From a virus: DNA of 64,000 bases. The position numbers were made by a program, and so were the translations under genes. Below, one piece after another: positions 19,257 through 32,524 of this stretch. The number at the start of each line of letters is the position of its first letter. Within the stretch, counting starts at the first letter, position 1. Location: the IMG/VR virus record IMGVR_UViG_3300014720_000002; one strand, 5' to 3'. The notes under the pieces were generated by a model. The model made no database searches and had not been told where the DNA came from. It saw only the letters and a list, made by a program, of their open reading frames with translations.

Positions 19257-22226
19257 ATGCCGACCGAGGAAGGTCCACTGAGTTCGGCGCCTGCAACGGG
19301 TGCCGGACGCACCTCACTGCGCATGGAGTGGCGCCGCACGCCGTCACCCAGTTTTCTTTCAGCGATGGTTCGCTGCTGGGGCTGTGCGATGCGTGCTGCG
19401 AGCAGCTTCGTAACCTGATTGATGAGCAAACAAGAGCTAGAAATAAAACACCTGAGGCGGAAGCTCCGGCTCGCCAGAAGTGCTTTGTCGTTCGCGGCCG
19501 ACTATCCGGCCAACAGCAACAGCGAGCCGGACGTGATGGGCGAGGCGGTTGACCGGATCAGCCAGCAGGCTGTCTCGTGCCTGGCGGCCTGGGCTTGCCT
19601 GGACCGCCAGCATCGTCGAAAGTCTGCCAAGCATGGCTAAAGCCGTCATACCCGGATTTGCGACAACTTCGCTGTTCACGCCAACGGTGCTGCGCTTTGT
19701 GCGTGACCGTGCGATGGACTACCCGCGGCGGTCCCAGCGGCAGGTGGTCAACATGGTTCGACCACTGGCCCGCCGGCCTTTTGAAGAGCGCGTTGTCACC
19801 ACTGAAGATGGCCTGCCGGTGCTGCATGTCGGCCAGCAGATAGTGCTGACCAGCACGGCGGACGGGCTGAATGTGCAGGTGCTCAACCGGTATGTCCGCC
19901 AATGTCCGGATGGTCAGCGCATTCCGCTGTCGATGGACATGGCGCAGTCGCTGGATGAGTTGCAGGGCGTAATGCCGCAGGAGAATTGAGCTATGGATGT
20001 TTCCAAAATGCCGTGGCAGTTGACGCTGCTGCCGCACGAAGACTGTGCGCCGAGCGAGAAAGAGGGCTGGCCAGACTATCTGGTAGGCGGGTTGACCCTG
20101 GCCCAGGCCGCGGTCCGGTTGGACCTGCGGGTGCTGGAGCAGACCGGCAACTTCCTGTCGGCGGCTGATGACGAGTTCTTCTTGCGACTACACCGGATCC
20201 GCAACGGCAAGGACGAGTCGCCGGCATGGGACGAGGAGCGGCAGAGCGGCTGGGTGCTGAAGGTGGTGCACCGTCCAAGCACTCCCGGACACGCATGAGC
20301 CGTTCAACCAGGCCCAGCCCTCAGATGCTGGCCATGCTGCGCAGCCTGCGTGACCATGGCGATTACGGTTATCATCTGCATGGGGCAGCCCAGCATGGCG
20401 GTGCGTCAGGCACGCTGTGCGCACTAATCCATCGCGGGTGGGTGTCCAACAGCGACCGGTGCAAGCTGGCGTTGACGGAGGCAGGACTAAAGATTCTCCA
20501 GGATCATGAGCAGAAAAGTCGAACTGGTGCTTGAAGTGAAGTTGGTGGTGGAGGTGGATGAAGGAGTTTCGATGCAGACGGTGGTGGATGAGTTGGACTA
20601 CGAGTTCAACAACCCCGACTCCGGAAGTTTCAACATCGTGGACACCGAGATCCGAGACTACAAGGTGGTTGATTCCAAATGAGCAAACCGAAGAAGGTCA
20701 AGCTGGTCCCGCCGGACTTGCAGCAGTGTCAGGCGGAAAAGGCTGACGGGTCGTTCATGACGCTGGGACCGGTTCGCCGGGAACGGTGCAAGAACGTGCC
20801 CGTGGTGGTGGCCAAGGAACGCAAGCCTGGCGCGGATGGTCAGCGGGGCAGTATGTCGCTGTGCACTGAGTGCCGGCAGGTCTGCATCGACAGGCTTGGA
20901 AAGGGCTACGCCTCGTTCACCAAGATCAACCGCATCAAGGTATCCAGCCGAAGGTTCTACCGCAGCCGGTTCTGGGTGGAGATCCTGTCCGAGGAGCCAC
21001 TCCCGGACGTGTCGCTGCGCACGCTGATGGATGACTGCGAGAATGGTCCTTACAGCGGCGACAGCGGGCATAGCAAGACGGAAGAGATCGATGGGCCAAA
21101 AGCTGCCAGGTTGCTGCTGAAGCAGGGCAGCGATCCTGGGTTCTTCATGCTGACCAACAAGGGCGAGGACACGGAGGAATAACATGCCAGACGAGCAGAT
21201 TATCAAGCTGGGCACGCGCCAGAAGAATGCGCTGCTGTGGGTGGCTGGACGGACGTCAGCCGCCAAGGTGACACCGTCGTCGCTGCAAGACCTGGTCCGG
21301 CTGAAGCTGATCGAGCGGGATGGCAGCGCACGCAGCGTGGCATTCAAGCTGACCACCACAGGCCAGACGTGGCTGGACCAACACGCACCATGAGCCACAC
21401 CGATCCCGGCAGCTTGCCGCGTGATGTCCGGGTCAAGCTCCTGCAAATTCGCGCAGCGCTGCTGCAGAACGACATGCACGAAGCGCAGCACCTGCTTTAT
21501 TCAATCGCAGACCCTGAGTTCCGCAGCATTGAGGCGTGGGAACGCCTGTCGGACGGCATAACGGAGGTGGCGCCGGCGACAACGACGGAGGCCATGGACG
21601 CCCTAGTGTATCAGATCAATCGGCTTACCCATCGTCCCATCAAGGCATGGTTGGGAGGTGTGGTGTTGATCGGCAACCTGCATTGTCTGGGAGACGAGTC
21701 TTCTGGCGGCCTTCGGTATCGCTGTGTTGAGGTCATCAACCGCGAGGGAGTGGTCCGCGATCATTTGAGTGGCTGGCACACGGAAGGTGAGATGGTGCTG
21801 GCGTTGAAGGTGGCATTGGAACACACACGGGACAAGTATGCACAGTCACGAAATAGAGAAGATGGTTGATGCCTTGAACAAGGCTGGGTTGATTGCCCCG
21901 ACTCTCGTCAATGCGATCATCACCAGTTTGGAGGAATACTGGATCGACCGCATGGCCGTGGTCTGGACTACGGAGGATGTGCACCGGCAGTTAAATCAGC
22001 GTGGGCTGGTAATGGATGACGATCGGGCGGTGCAGATCCTGGGTCAACTGCTGGATGACCATGACGCCAACCATGGCATCAACTGGAACACCATCGACTT
22101 CGCCCTGCCATCGGCAGACGACGAGGCTGTCCGCAAGCTCACCCCAGCACAGAAGCAGGCGGTGGAGAATGGCCACTGGTATCTGCTGGTGCCCAAAGGC
22201 AAGCGCCGGTTCTGCGAAAAGCGCGC

Positions 22227-22254
22227 GTAACACCAGACCAGTCCGTGTCATAAG
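22227..22254 (+). promoter_or_regulatory. Class I promoter GTAAC-N18-ATAAG
   Basis: One of five copies with identical 18-nt spacing; sits at a gene end, followed by hairpins. Confidence 0.7.
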
Positions 22255-22259
22255 TCTTT

Positions 22260-22350
22260 GGGAGACGTCCTCTCCCATTTAACCAGACAGTGAACGCGGC
22301 TTGTTGGCCGCAGCCCGCCCCGGACTTGATCGGTCTGGGGCGGGCCTTTT
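22260..22350 (+). ncRNA. Candidate ~90-nt three-hairpin small RNA ending in an intrinsic terminator
   Basis: GGGAGA-cgtcc-TCTCCC (22260-22276), GCGGC-ttgttg-GCCGC (22296-22311), 13-bp stem 22313-22345 followed by CTTTT; lies just after a class I promoter, and I see no convincing ORF here. Confidence 0.4.
22313..22350 (+). terminator. Rho-independent terminator
   Basis: GCCCGCCCCGGAC / GTCTGGGGCGGGC stem (one G-U pair) followed by CTTTT. Confidence 0.75.
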
Positions 22351-23530
22351 CATGTCCTGGCTGCAGGCCCGTCACCAGGGCCTGGTCCAACCGGGTTATC
22401 CGGAAGCGTGGGAGGCGCCGCCTGCATGGCGGCATCACTGCACATGGCAAAATCCCTGAACCTCGACAAGAAGAAGACCCAACGCATCCTGCCGGCGAGT
22501 GATCCGGTGGACTTCAGCAGCTTGTCGCCCGACGAGGCGATGATGTTGAAGGAGGAGTTGGCCATCGCTACCTCATCGGTGGACCCAAGACACCTGTGGT
22601 TCGCCGCCCAGGAGCAGTCCGGCCCACTGCCCCGTTCGGCGGTGGCACCCACAAAGGAAGGCGACCGCGCGCTGCGGTTGCAACTCTACATCGTCCGGCA
22701 CGGCGGCCAGGCGAAGCCGGTCGTCAAGGACACGGCGTTCGGCATGCTGACGGCCGCTTCGGCTGTGCTCGGGTTTAACCGGGCCTAAACCATCATCCTC
22801 CCGTGGGCTGCCAGCGACAGCCCACGGGAGGTATCCAACTGCTGCCGAATTTTATGCCCGATACTCCCGATGAACCAGTGCTGTGTCCGTTCTGCTGCGG
22901 GGACAAGCTTTTCGTGTGCGTTCAGTGGACCGCCGTAAGCGAACAAGATCCCCACCACAGCGAGGCACTGACCGAGCATCAATGTCGTGATTGTGCACGG
23001 TCGTTCTGGGTGTGACACACCTCATTCACGAGCACCCCTGCAGCCAAAAACGAGCAGGGTGGCGAAAACTTGAAAACCCCACCAAGGGCGCGGCTGCTCA
23101 AATTTAACCATGTCTGCATCACCGTTCACTGAAGAAGAGTTGCAGTTCATCTGCCAGGCTGGCTGGGCCTGCCTCATCAGCAGCCCAGGTGCCATGCCTA
23201 ACCCGATTGCCCGGTTGACGCCGGAGGCGCATACCGCGCTGGCACGCAAGCTGGAGTTGGCACTGGGCAAGGGCAAGCCAGGCGCGGTGCACCTGAAACC
23301 GGATGGCTGGTATTTCTGGGACGAGACAGGTGCGCATGCCCTGGGGCCGTTCGCCACCAGCGACGAGGCGGCGCACATGCTGAAGCGCTACGCTGACAGC
23401 CTTTGACACTTTACCCAGCGTGGCCGCCTATCACCGGCGCGCTGGGTCAACTAACAAACAGTGATGGCTGGCGAAGGAGTCTCCGCTGGACGGGCGAATG
23501 CCAAGCAGTGCTCCAAAACAAACAAACGGT

Positions 23531-24391
23531 ATGATGAAAGAGAACAAGATGGTGATCGCGGTCACGTTGACCGCACCCCTGCTGGGCGGGCTGCCCTTCA
23601 GCGACATTGCGCAGGACCACCTGCGCGTCAAGACGGAGAAGGAGAACAAGAAGGACCTCTCCAACCTGGAGCCTCGCGTCGCGGAGGAACTGGCCGTCGC
23701 TGCTGCCCAGGCCGAGCAGCGCCGGTTGCAACTCCTGGCCGCTGGGCTGGACGCCGAAGAGGCGCGCGGCACCACCGGGTTTGCCCGTGACGACATGGGC
23801 TTGTTCGTGTGGGACTATTGGTTCCGTGGCTTCATCAAGGAAGCCCTGGAGACGGTGATCGAGTGCGGCTGTGCACCCGCCGGCTTCAACCCCTGGAACC
23901 GCAAGAAGAAGGTCGATCAGTTGATCTTCGTGGAGCCGCGGCGCATCTATCTGCGCAAGCCGTCAGCGGAGCGCACGGCGTCATCGTCCACGGTCTGGAC
24001 CGAATCCCCCGGTTTCAACACCCGGCCGATCCGGACGGAGGATCAGCGCACTGGCGCCCAGCGCACGGCCATCGCGCGCAGCGAGGAAGTGCCGGAAGGC
24101 ACCTGGTTCGTGGCCGAGTTGGTGTATCTTGGGCCGGAGGAGGTCAAGGTCAGCAAGAGCGGCAAGTCGCAACCGATCGTGACCAAGGAGTTGATCGCAG
24201 ACATCCTCACCTACGGCCGCCGAAAGGGTCTCGGTCAGTGGCGGTCTGGTGGCTGGGGCACGTTCGACTGGCAGGAGTTGCCGGACAACAAGCTGGTGAT
24301 CAAGGCGTCCCGTGGTGTCGCCTCCGTGCCCAAGCAGGGCATCCACATCGAATGCACTCCCGGCTGTCCCCAGCCGGCCGTTGCGGTCTAG
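23531..24391 (+). CDS. Orphan Cas7-like RAMP protein (candidate Vipr-type guide-RNA-binding effector)
   Basis: RAMP architecture: N-terminal IAVTLTAPLLGG, GTTGFARD..GLFVWDYWFRGFIKEA, DQLIFVEPRRI, RPIR...RTAIARSEEVPEGTWF, and a C-terminal glycine-rich loop YGRRKGLGQWRSGGWGTF. A/C-rich leader AAAACAAACAAACGGT before ATG 23531. Confidence 0.85.
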   Translation: MMKENKMVIAVTLTAPLLGGLPFSDIAQDHLRVKTEKENKKDLSNLEPRVAEELAVAAAQAEQRRLQLLAAGLDAEEARGTTGFARDDMGLFVWDYWFRGFIKEALETVIECGCAPAGFNPWNRKKKVDQLIFVEPRRIYLRKPSAERTASSSTVWTESPGFNTRPIRTEDQRTGAQRTAIARSEEVPEGTWFVAELVYLGPEEVKVSKSGKSQPIVTKELIADILTYGRRKGLGQWRSGGWGTFDWQELPDNKLVIKASRGVASVPKQGIHIECTPGCPQPAVAV

Positions 24392-24407
24392 TTGTCGAGC
24401 ACAGCAC

Positions 24408-24442
24408 CCAGCCGGCCGGAGCATTTGCTTCCGGCCGGCTGG
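24408..24442 (+). terminator. Perfect 13-bp hairpin just downstream of the RAMP gene (terminator or processing site)
   Basis: CCAGCCGGCCGGA-gcatttgct-TCCGGCCGGCTGG; no U-tract follows. Confidence 0.5.
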
Positions 24443-25192
24443 TCTGCTAGTCTGAGCACATGCAAAACGACATTGGTCTCCCTACTGTAGTCCTGGCTGT
24501 GCTGGTGGTGGTCCAACTCTTGTGGATTGTCCGGCAGACGGACTTCGGCAAGCTGGTCAAGCGCAGCAATCAACTGCCCAAGTTCGGCGCCAACCCGGAC
24601 TATCATTGGGTGCAGATTCGGCGTGAGGGCGGCGCGGCCTGGCTGGCGCTGACTGACGTGGAACTCGACACTGCCATCAAACGGGCCGAGGCCAACGACG
24701 AAGATCGACCATGACCAAACAACAGGCCGCGCGCGTGCGGCAACTGATCCGGGCCTTGCGCTCGGGCAAATTCAAGCAGTGCCGAAACCGGCTTCGCTCT
24801 GTGAGGGGTGACCGGTTTTGTGCTTCTGGGGTGGCTTGCGAGCTTTATTCCCGGAACATGAAAGGCACGGACGGAGTCTGGCAGATGTCGGAGGATGGTG
24901 ATGAGCAGGAGTTTCAATCTGGGCCACAGTCGAACTGCCAGACGCTGCCGTATCTGGTGCGGCAGTGGTTAGGCTTCCCCGATGACACCCAGGCTTTCAT
25001 CGGGGCTGCGTTCGTGCATGAGTGGAATCTGGATCCGAATCTTGATGTGGAACGGGTTGGCTTGGAGTTGCTGAACGATGGCGTTCGACAGAGTGCTGGA
25101 TTTTCCAAAAGTCACCGCGGCATGAACTTCAAGCAGATCGCCTGTGTGCTGGAGCGCTGGCTTCGCCACCAGCCCATTTCGGACTGACTCCT

Positions 25193-25396
25193 ATGCTCAC
25201 GCTTACTGATAAGTCTCCCTGCCCTGTGCAAGGCAAGCATCACAACAAGCCAATGGAGAAGGTGCCGGCGGATTATCTGGACTGGCTTGTGGGACAGCCC
25301 TGGTGCCGGAGCAAGTATCCGGAGGTGGACGACTACGTGACGCGCAACCGCAAGGCGCTCGACATGGAGTTGCGGCAGATGGGCAAGCTGGACTGA
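25193..25396 (+). CDS. DUF3820-like small protein
   Basis: PVQGKHHNKPMEKVPADYLDWL fits the P(F)GK(Y)KG...VP..YL.W pattern. Confidence 0.6.
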   Translation: MLTLTDKSPCPVQGKHHNKPMEKVPADYLDWLVGQPWCRSKYPEVDDYVTRNRKALDMELRQMGKLD

Positions 25397-28340
25397 CGCA
25401 TGAACATCAACACCAATCTCTACGACGGCTACGAGGTGCATCCCTGCCGGCTCGTGATGAAGAACGGCACGGTTGTCGCCCGAGGCTCCACCTGGCAACC
25501 CCGGCTGGACCGGTGGATCGCGGTGGAGGTCAACCACGAGCAAGACCAGCATCCGGAGCACACCTGGTTCTGGTGCCTGTATGGGCACGGGTTCAGCGGC
25601 GGGCTGACGGACATCGCAGACGCGCCAACCAAGGACGAAGTCCTGTCGATAGCCAGCTACCTGAACGAGCACAAGCTGCTGCCGCCCTATGCGCGTCTGC
25701 TGTCTGCTGGCGACTTCTCGGCGCTGTTCCGCTACTCCCGGGTGGTGGTTCATCCGTTCAAGCTGGCGAAGCGTGGTGGCAGTTCCATCTACTTCAAGCG
25801 GGGCATGCACGTCCGGCACGGGATGCCGTCGGAGGCCACGGTCTGTGCGCCTGACGACAAGCATCTGTTCGCCTACGGCTTGTATGGTGTGCTGAGTGAG
25901 GGCGAGTGGCTTCAGGGTCGCCGACCGTCCGGAACGGCTGGTCCTTCAGAGTCTCTGGTCGATGACCGAGGAAAGGAAGAGCACCTGCTGGACTTCGCCA
26001 CTGCCGATGAAGCCGAACGTGCGGCCTGCTATGTGGCGACGCATGGCGTCCTTCCACCCATCCTCAAATGGCTGCGTTGAACTCGGCGGGCCTGGTCGAT
26101 GTGTTTGAGATGTTGCTGGCCGTCAGCCGGTTGCTTCCGGAGGGGCATCAACTGGACTTTGCGGTTTCTCCGCATTGCATCCATCTGCACCTGATCGGCA
26201 GGGCTGGAGAGGATGTGGCGACGAACCTGCATGAACTGGACGGACGTCCAGAACAGGTTCAGGAAATGCAGGACAGCCTGGCCGGACTGCTGCGCAAAGT
26301 GGCGGCACCAGAAAAGCTGAGCCCGCAGTCTGGCCTGCAGTCAGTGATGGCTGGTCTGCAGGCTTGGGTGGACGACGACAAACTGCCGGCTGCGTTCCGG
26401 CACAAGGCCGGGCTGATGCTGGCTGGAGTGAGAGAACTGAATGCTAAATCTTGAAAAGGATGAACACCGGCTGTGGGAACTGGCCGCGGCGTTTGCTGCT
26501 GCCAACGCAGGCGCTGGCGCAGCCTGTCAGATAGCGGATGAACTGGTGCTCGCGTTTCGCGCCCGGCGGCAGCACTCCGTAGGTCACTCGGGTCCGCCAC
26601 CTGCAGGCAGGCCGGCACCGGCGGCTCCGCCCCAGTCTGCGCGACAGCCTGAACCAACCGCTCCGCCAGTCTGGAAAGGCCCTAGCAACGATCCGCCGGT
26701 CAAGGCGGCTCCGTTGCCGGGTGCTGCTGCGCCCAAGCCATCGGCGCGTCGCGGCAAAGCGTTGGCGGACATGTCCATCAACGAAAAGCTGGCTGAATTA
26801 CAGCGGCTGCAGGCCAGGTTCACCGAGTCACCCACTAGCCTTAACCCGGAGGAGATGCAGGACATGGTGGTCTTGACGAATGACGAACTGCTGAAACGCA
26901 TCACTCCCGCCCATGCCTAAAGCTGCGCCGTTGATGACGGCCAAGTCCAGCCCGCTGCGACGTAGTCTCAACCAACTGGCCAGGAAGTTTTACCAGGCGC
27001 ATGGCTACACAGTGTCGTCAGAGTATGACTTCGAGCGCGCGGTGCATCCGCAAGAGGCCGGGATGTGGAGCTTGGCGGTAATTGCCCACGAGCATTTCAC
27101 TGGCGATACGCCGGACCCTGGAGAACTGGAGGACCTACCATGATCGATGTGTTTGACCTGACAGGTTTGGATCCGACAGTGACGCCACGGGAGCACGCGC
27201 TGCTGGACAAGCTGGACCGTGCGGAAGCGTCGCTGGTTGACTTGCTGCAGTTCATCCAGGCGCAGACCGACTTGCCCGATGGGCTGGCGGCGCAGGTGCG
27301 CGAGGATCTGGCGGCCATAAAAGTGTCGCTGCACGAGTCCGGATTCAACTACCAGCACTATCCGGAACTGCGGGACGAACTGCCCGTCTATTCGATGACG
27401 GACCAGCCGCCTACCTGCCCCAAGTGCGGGACCAGGATCAAGGTCTGGCTGCAGGGGGAAACTGGAAATAAGCAGGTGGTGAAGTGCCGTCCGTGCAACT
27501 TCATCTACCGGCTGGAGGAAGACGAAGACGATCATGATTAAGCTTAGGAAAGGTGACAAGGTGGTGTGGTGGGACGGAGAGCCAGGACATCTCGGCACGC
27601 GGCATTACGGACGGGTGGAACGGACGAAGCTGAAGAACAAGAACGGCGTGCCATTGGACTTCACGGCGGTGTTCCCGCGTCCTGGTGGCAAGCTGCACAA
27701 GCGGTTCAGCCAGCTTGACCGCGACACGGTGCTGCTGCTGGCGCCCCGTAGCGAGTGGGCCTCGTTCCTTACGTTCAAGCTGCCGGAACATGTCGAGGTG
27801 GCCAGGATTCCCGGCTGTGCGCAGCCGACTTACGGGCTCTTCAACATGAACGTGGCCGGGGTTGGCTGGTCGCAGTTGCACGGGGTCATGCGGTCTGAGC
27901 AGGAGATCCCGCTGGAGTTCTGGCGCCACGGCAGGACCAAGCGCGATCTGGATTGGTGTCTTCGTGCCGGCGAGAGCGAGGTAAAGCTCGACTGGCCCTG
28001 GCCCATCAATGGCGCCATTGCGGCAGCGCTGAAGGGAGTGGACATACATGAGTGACCGCCTGTTCGCCTACTATCTGGTAACAGTGTCGGAGGCTGGCGA
28101 TGTCCTGGAGCGTGGGTTCAGCAGTCCGCACGACGATCTGGCGCAGCGGCCGTATTCTGACGACTGCCCGGTCGTGGTCTGCTCAAATCAGGCGGTGCGG
28201 CGGGTGGACAGCAGGGCAGAACTGGACATGCCGCCCTGTCTAAACCCTGATTGCGGCAGGTCCATTTCCTATTTTGCCTGTGACCGCTGCGACATGTGTG
28301 GCGAGAAAGTGCTGCCGCTGGGGTCGGTCTTGGTTGTCCC

Positions 28341-28688
28341 ATGAAGCCGCCTTGCCATGCCTGCAGGGCGGTCTGCTGCAGGGACACGGGTGCTTGGCCG
28401 TTTGCCTGCGTGCTGAGCAGCCGTGATCTGCGGCAGCCGCATCTCCGCTCGGTGGCGGTGTGGCCCGCCGGCGGCAGCTTGGCGGTGCTGCCTTACAAGC
28501 ACGGTCGCTGCGTGTTTCTGAACCCGAAGACCAACCTGTGCCGGACTTACGCCGACAGACCGGAGGCCTGCCGTGACTTCGACTGCACGCAGTGCATTCC
28601 GGAGGGAGCGTTCCTGAAGACCAACCCTAAGGTGATCGACCTGATTGAAAATGAGCGACGAAAAGCTAAACCCAGAACAGGTCCGTGA
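28341..28688 (+). CDS. YkgJ-family cysteine-cluster (CxxCxxCC) protein
   Basis: PCHACRAVCC...GRCVFLNPKTNLCRTYADRPEACRDFDC. Confidence 0.8.
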   Translation: MKPPCHACRAVCCRDTGAWPFACVLSSRDLRQPHLRSVAVWPAGGSLAVLPYKHGRCVFLNPKTNLCRTYADRPEACRDFDCTQCIPEGAFLKTNPKVIDLIENERRKAKPRTGP

Positions 28689-31600
28689 GGCCATCCTGTC
28701 CGAGATGGCCCGGACGTTCTTTGTCACCGCCTACGCGGACGCGTGGGACAACAAGGAGCTTCCACCAACTGCACCTCACGCAGGGCCTGGCGACGAGTGG
28801 TTCGCTTGCGCTCCCGAGGAGACACCCCGCGCTGCGAGGGTGCTGGCTGAAAGCCTGGTGACGGCCATCGAGACACATGACGATGTGAAGGTGGAGGAGG
28901 TCTTTCAGCGCAACGCGGACCTGACCGAAGGCCATCTGAGCGAACCCACTCCGGACAGCTTCGGGTATTGCCTGGCCATGGAGTGCCTTGGGCATGGCGT
29001 TGGCTGGGGTGATGACCATCCGGAGCACAACCTCAACCTGCCGTATCTGGAGTGCTGGCTGGAGATCAGCATTCCGCCTTTGCCGATCACTGTGCGCAGT
29101 GACTGGATACTTCTGGACTCTCTGGAGGGTGGTCCTCTTTGGCTGACTATCGACCACACTGGCCACCGGTTCTTCGGCGATGAGGGCGTTCCGCCGCCGT
29201 TTCAGACTGTCTGCCGACCAGCCACCAAGCCATGATCCACATCGAAGTCATGGTTGAATCGCACCCGACGCTGATCTGCTGCCTTCACCGGCTGCCTGAT
29301 GGCGATCTGTTCAAACGCAAATACATCGGATACGGGCGGCGGGCCGCGGTGGCGCAGTTTCGTCGGGAAGTGCGGGAAGAACTGAGAAAGTTGAAAGCAT
29401 GAGCAATCCATTGGTCGAGAAGTTGAACGAGCAGGTGAAGTCGCTGTGCCAGTGCTGCCAAGACCGGCTGTGCGACATCGCCAGGCACGAGTCGGCCGTC
29501 AGACTGTGGCGGGACGAGTTTTGGCCAGGCACCCGGCTGGACACTGTGCGCGAACGGCTCCGTGAGGCGTTTGTTGGCATGGACCTGCGGCAGGGCACGC
29601 CCTATTTCCGGCTGCATGGTCGCCCAGTCATCAAATCGCCTGTCGAGCATCTGCCGGTGGCTCAGCTTACGGGTAGCCTGGCCGACACGCTGATATGGCT
29701 GGAGTTCCGCAAAAGTCAGCGGGACAAGCGGCAGGTCGCTGAAGCGGCTGCCATGCGGCGTGGCATCATTAGCCGGGAGCGGGATTGGCGGCGGCTGCCG
29801 CTGGCCATCCGCACGGCGGCAGCCGCCATCATTGAGGAACAAGAACATGCCACTGGCTAAGAAGTGCTGGCGCGCTCGGGTGCGCGAGATCTACGACAGT
29901 CCCGAGGAGTTGGAGGCGTATGACCGCAACTACCGCATCTGTGCCCGGCTGGGATTCTTAGATGTGGCTGAACTGTGGGAGACCAACCCTAAGATCGAAG
30001 GTTCGGTTTATCCTGCTGACTTGCGCGTGGTGCCTTCGCCAGACGCCAAGCGACAGCCGGTAAAGGTGCAGATCGAGCCGGAAGGTGCCGCGGGTCCGTA
30101 TCTGGTTGGGCTGTTGCCGAAGTCGATGAGCGGGGTGTCGGCGCGGGATATTGTGTTCCGGGTCAAGACGCGCAAGGACGACGGCTTCAAGATTCTCCAG
30201 GTGCTTACGGAGGGTCGTTGGCGTCCGGTGTGGGCCTGCAATCCGACATTCTTCAAGCAGCACTTCCGAGCAGTCAAATGAGCAGAAAAACTCACAGGCA
30301 GGACGCGTGGCGTGCGCATGAGGAGATGGCGGCGGCGCTGGCCAATGACATTGCCGAGGGGATCGATAATGGCGAGTCACGCAGGAAGCTGCGACAGGCC
30401 GTCACCTACTTCGCCATGAAGGCACATTACGAGCAGCAGGCCCGTCTGCTGGTTGAGAGCCGGCTGAAGGTCATGACACTCGGGTTGGAGTTGATGCAGT
30501 CGGTGGTGGTTAGATAAACGAAGTAAAACCATGTCAGAATACGATGTAGAAGTGACCCGCACGGCGGCTGAAACAAAGACGTTTCGCGTGATGGCCGAGG
30601 ACGCCGAAGCGGCCAAGGACAAGGCCGTGGAAGCCGCGGCCAACACGGTATTCAACAACCCCGGATGTCCGACCTACGAGGCGCTGCTTCCTTACCGTGT
30701 CTTGGGCCATCAAAAGTAGCATGAGCGAAACGACCAAGTTCAAAATGGAGTGCCTGGCCGAGAATGCGGCGCTGTTCCTGGAATGGCTACGCACGCGCGG
30801 CGGGCTGGCGATCTGGGAGAGTGCTGACTTTGGCCGGGCTGGTGAGTCTTGGACAACACCTGCCCGGACGGTCTGCGGAAAGGTCATGCAGAAGCCGTAT
30901 TGGTTCTGCAAATCCGAGCCGAAGCAGATCGTTGCAGATCCGGCCGAGGTGGGCGTGTTCACGGCGGCGCTGTTCAAGGAGTTTCCGGTGCGGTTGCGTG
31001 CTGCCCGAGGTGGATTGGTGTTCAAGCTGCAGGACTCCAGCCAGCGCAGCCTGGACCGGGTCATGCAGTCGTGTCGCAACAAGCATCCCGGTTGTGAGGT
31101 GTATTGGGAACGTGGCGGCATCGAAATAACGGATCGGCCGGCCATGCGTGTCTATTACGTCACCGGCGTGAGGCCATTGCTGGAATGGGCGGCAGAGAAA
31201 GGATTGTGACTTATGAGAATTCGATTGAGCCAGCAACATGGAGTCGCTCCGATGCTGACCTGCTGCCAGTTGTGCGGCGGGGATACGAACGAGTTGCTGT
31301 TGTTGGGCGCCAGTGCTGACAAGGTGTGTCGGGAGACGTTCGGCCAGTCTTATAGCGGCAGCAGTTGCCAGCGCATTCCGCACGGCATCTGCGACAAGTG
31401 CAAGGCGATGCTGGACGGCGGCGCTGCGTGCTACATCTGCCCTGAGCGCCAGGCTATCCTGATGTTCTCCGCGGAGTGCGTCAGCCGCAACGGCTGGCCC
31501 GGCGCTGGCAAGGTCTCCCGGCTTCGGCCTGAAGACATGGCGAAGCTGCAGGCGATGGTGGCTGAAGCGCCGGCACCTGGTGTCGAGCATGCAGCATGAA

Positions 31601-32323
31601 GACTACCGCAGAACGGTTCGCGGCCTTGTCGGGTCTGATTCATGGACGCGTGGGCAAGACGTCGGCAGGGCTGGGTCTGGTTGACTATCCGGTTATCGAA
31701 CTGGAGATGGAGCGCGACGATCAGCCGCAATTTCCATCACGTTACGTGATCTTTGCCCTGCGGCTGGATGATCGACGGGTCTGTTACGAGGTCACACCCA
31801 TGCTTAAACCCGAGCATGGAGATGCCAGCCAGGATGTCTGGCGTTCGGCGCGCGAGCACCAGCGGTTTTGCCGGATCGTCCGCGGCTGGCGTGACTGGCT
31901 GCGTCCCCGGCTGCGCAAGCTCGGTCTGCGGCTTGGGAGACGGGTCGAGAGTGTCTATTTAACATGAACAATAGCTTGATGGATCTGGCCCGCCGCCGGG
32001 CTTGGGTTTGGCTGCCGGTTTTCCTGGCGGCAGTGCTGATAAACCCGTTTCTCCACGCAGGCCACCCCTGGAAAGGGCGCAGGGAAAGCCTGGATAGCTG
32101 GCGTGAGTATGGCACTGAACTAGCCCTCGGCTTTGCGCTGATCTTCTGGTGGTGCGCACTGCTGAGCCTGGCGTGCATCATCAAGATACTCGCGGTCCGC
32201 GCTGGACAATGACTTTCGGCGCCCCTGCACGGGTGCCGGTAAATACGCGGCAGTCACCTGGCCGCAACTAGGGCGATAAAGCCCGATGGTGAGGAAAGCC
32301 ACCCGCTGGGGAGCAATCATCAC

Positions 32324-32524
32324 ATGGCAAGAAAACACAAGGGATCGGTTCGTCACAACAGCGTGGTAGCGGCCTACAAGTTCACGCCGCCACCGCGCAG
32401 CACCACCCCGCCGGCCGTCATTGCGCCGTCGCATCTGATTTCGGCGCATGCCGACATCAAGGGTATCACCTTCCGCAGCCTCGGGCGCGGCGGGGTTATC
32501 CGTTCGCAGACCCAGGCCTGGTAG
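32324..32524 (+). CDS. Small basic protein with a structured leader, followed by a hairpin
   Basis: MARKHKGSVRHNS..., 66 aa; hairpin-rich leader at 32210-32323 and a 12-bp stem at 32538-32577. Confidence 0.45.
   Translation: MARKHKGSVRHNSVVAAYKFTPPPRSTTPPAVIAPSHLISAHADIKGITFRSLGRGGVIRSQTQAW

Noticed and set aside
23403-23434. TTGACA upstream of the RAMP gene as a sigma70 promoter
   Set aside because: It overlaps the upstream stop codon, and the best -10 (TATCAC) is 20 nt away, which is non-canonical spacing.
24270-24391. Possible array hidden in the RAMP C-terminal tail
   Set aside because: No sustained NGY-NN phase; the region reads as ordinary coding sequence.
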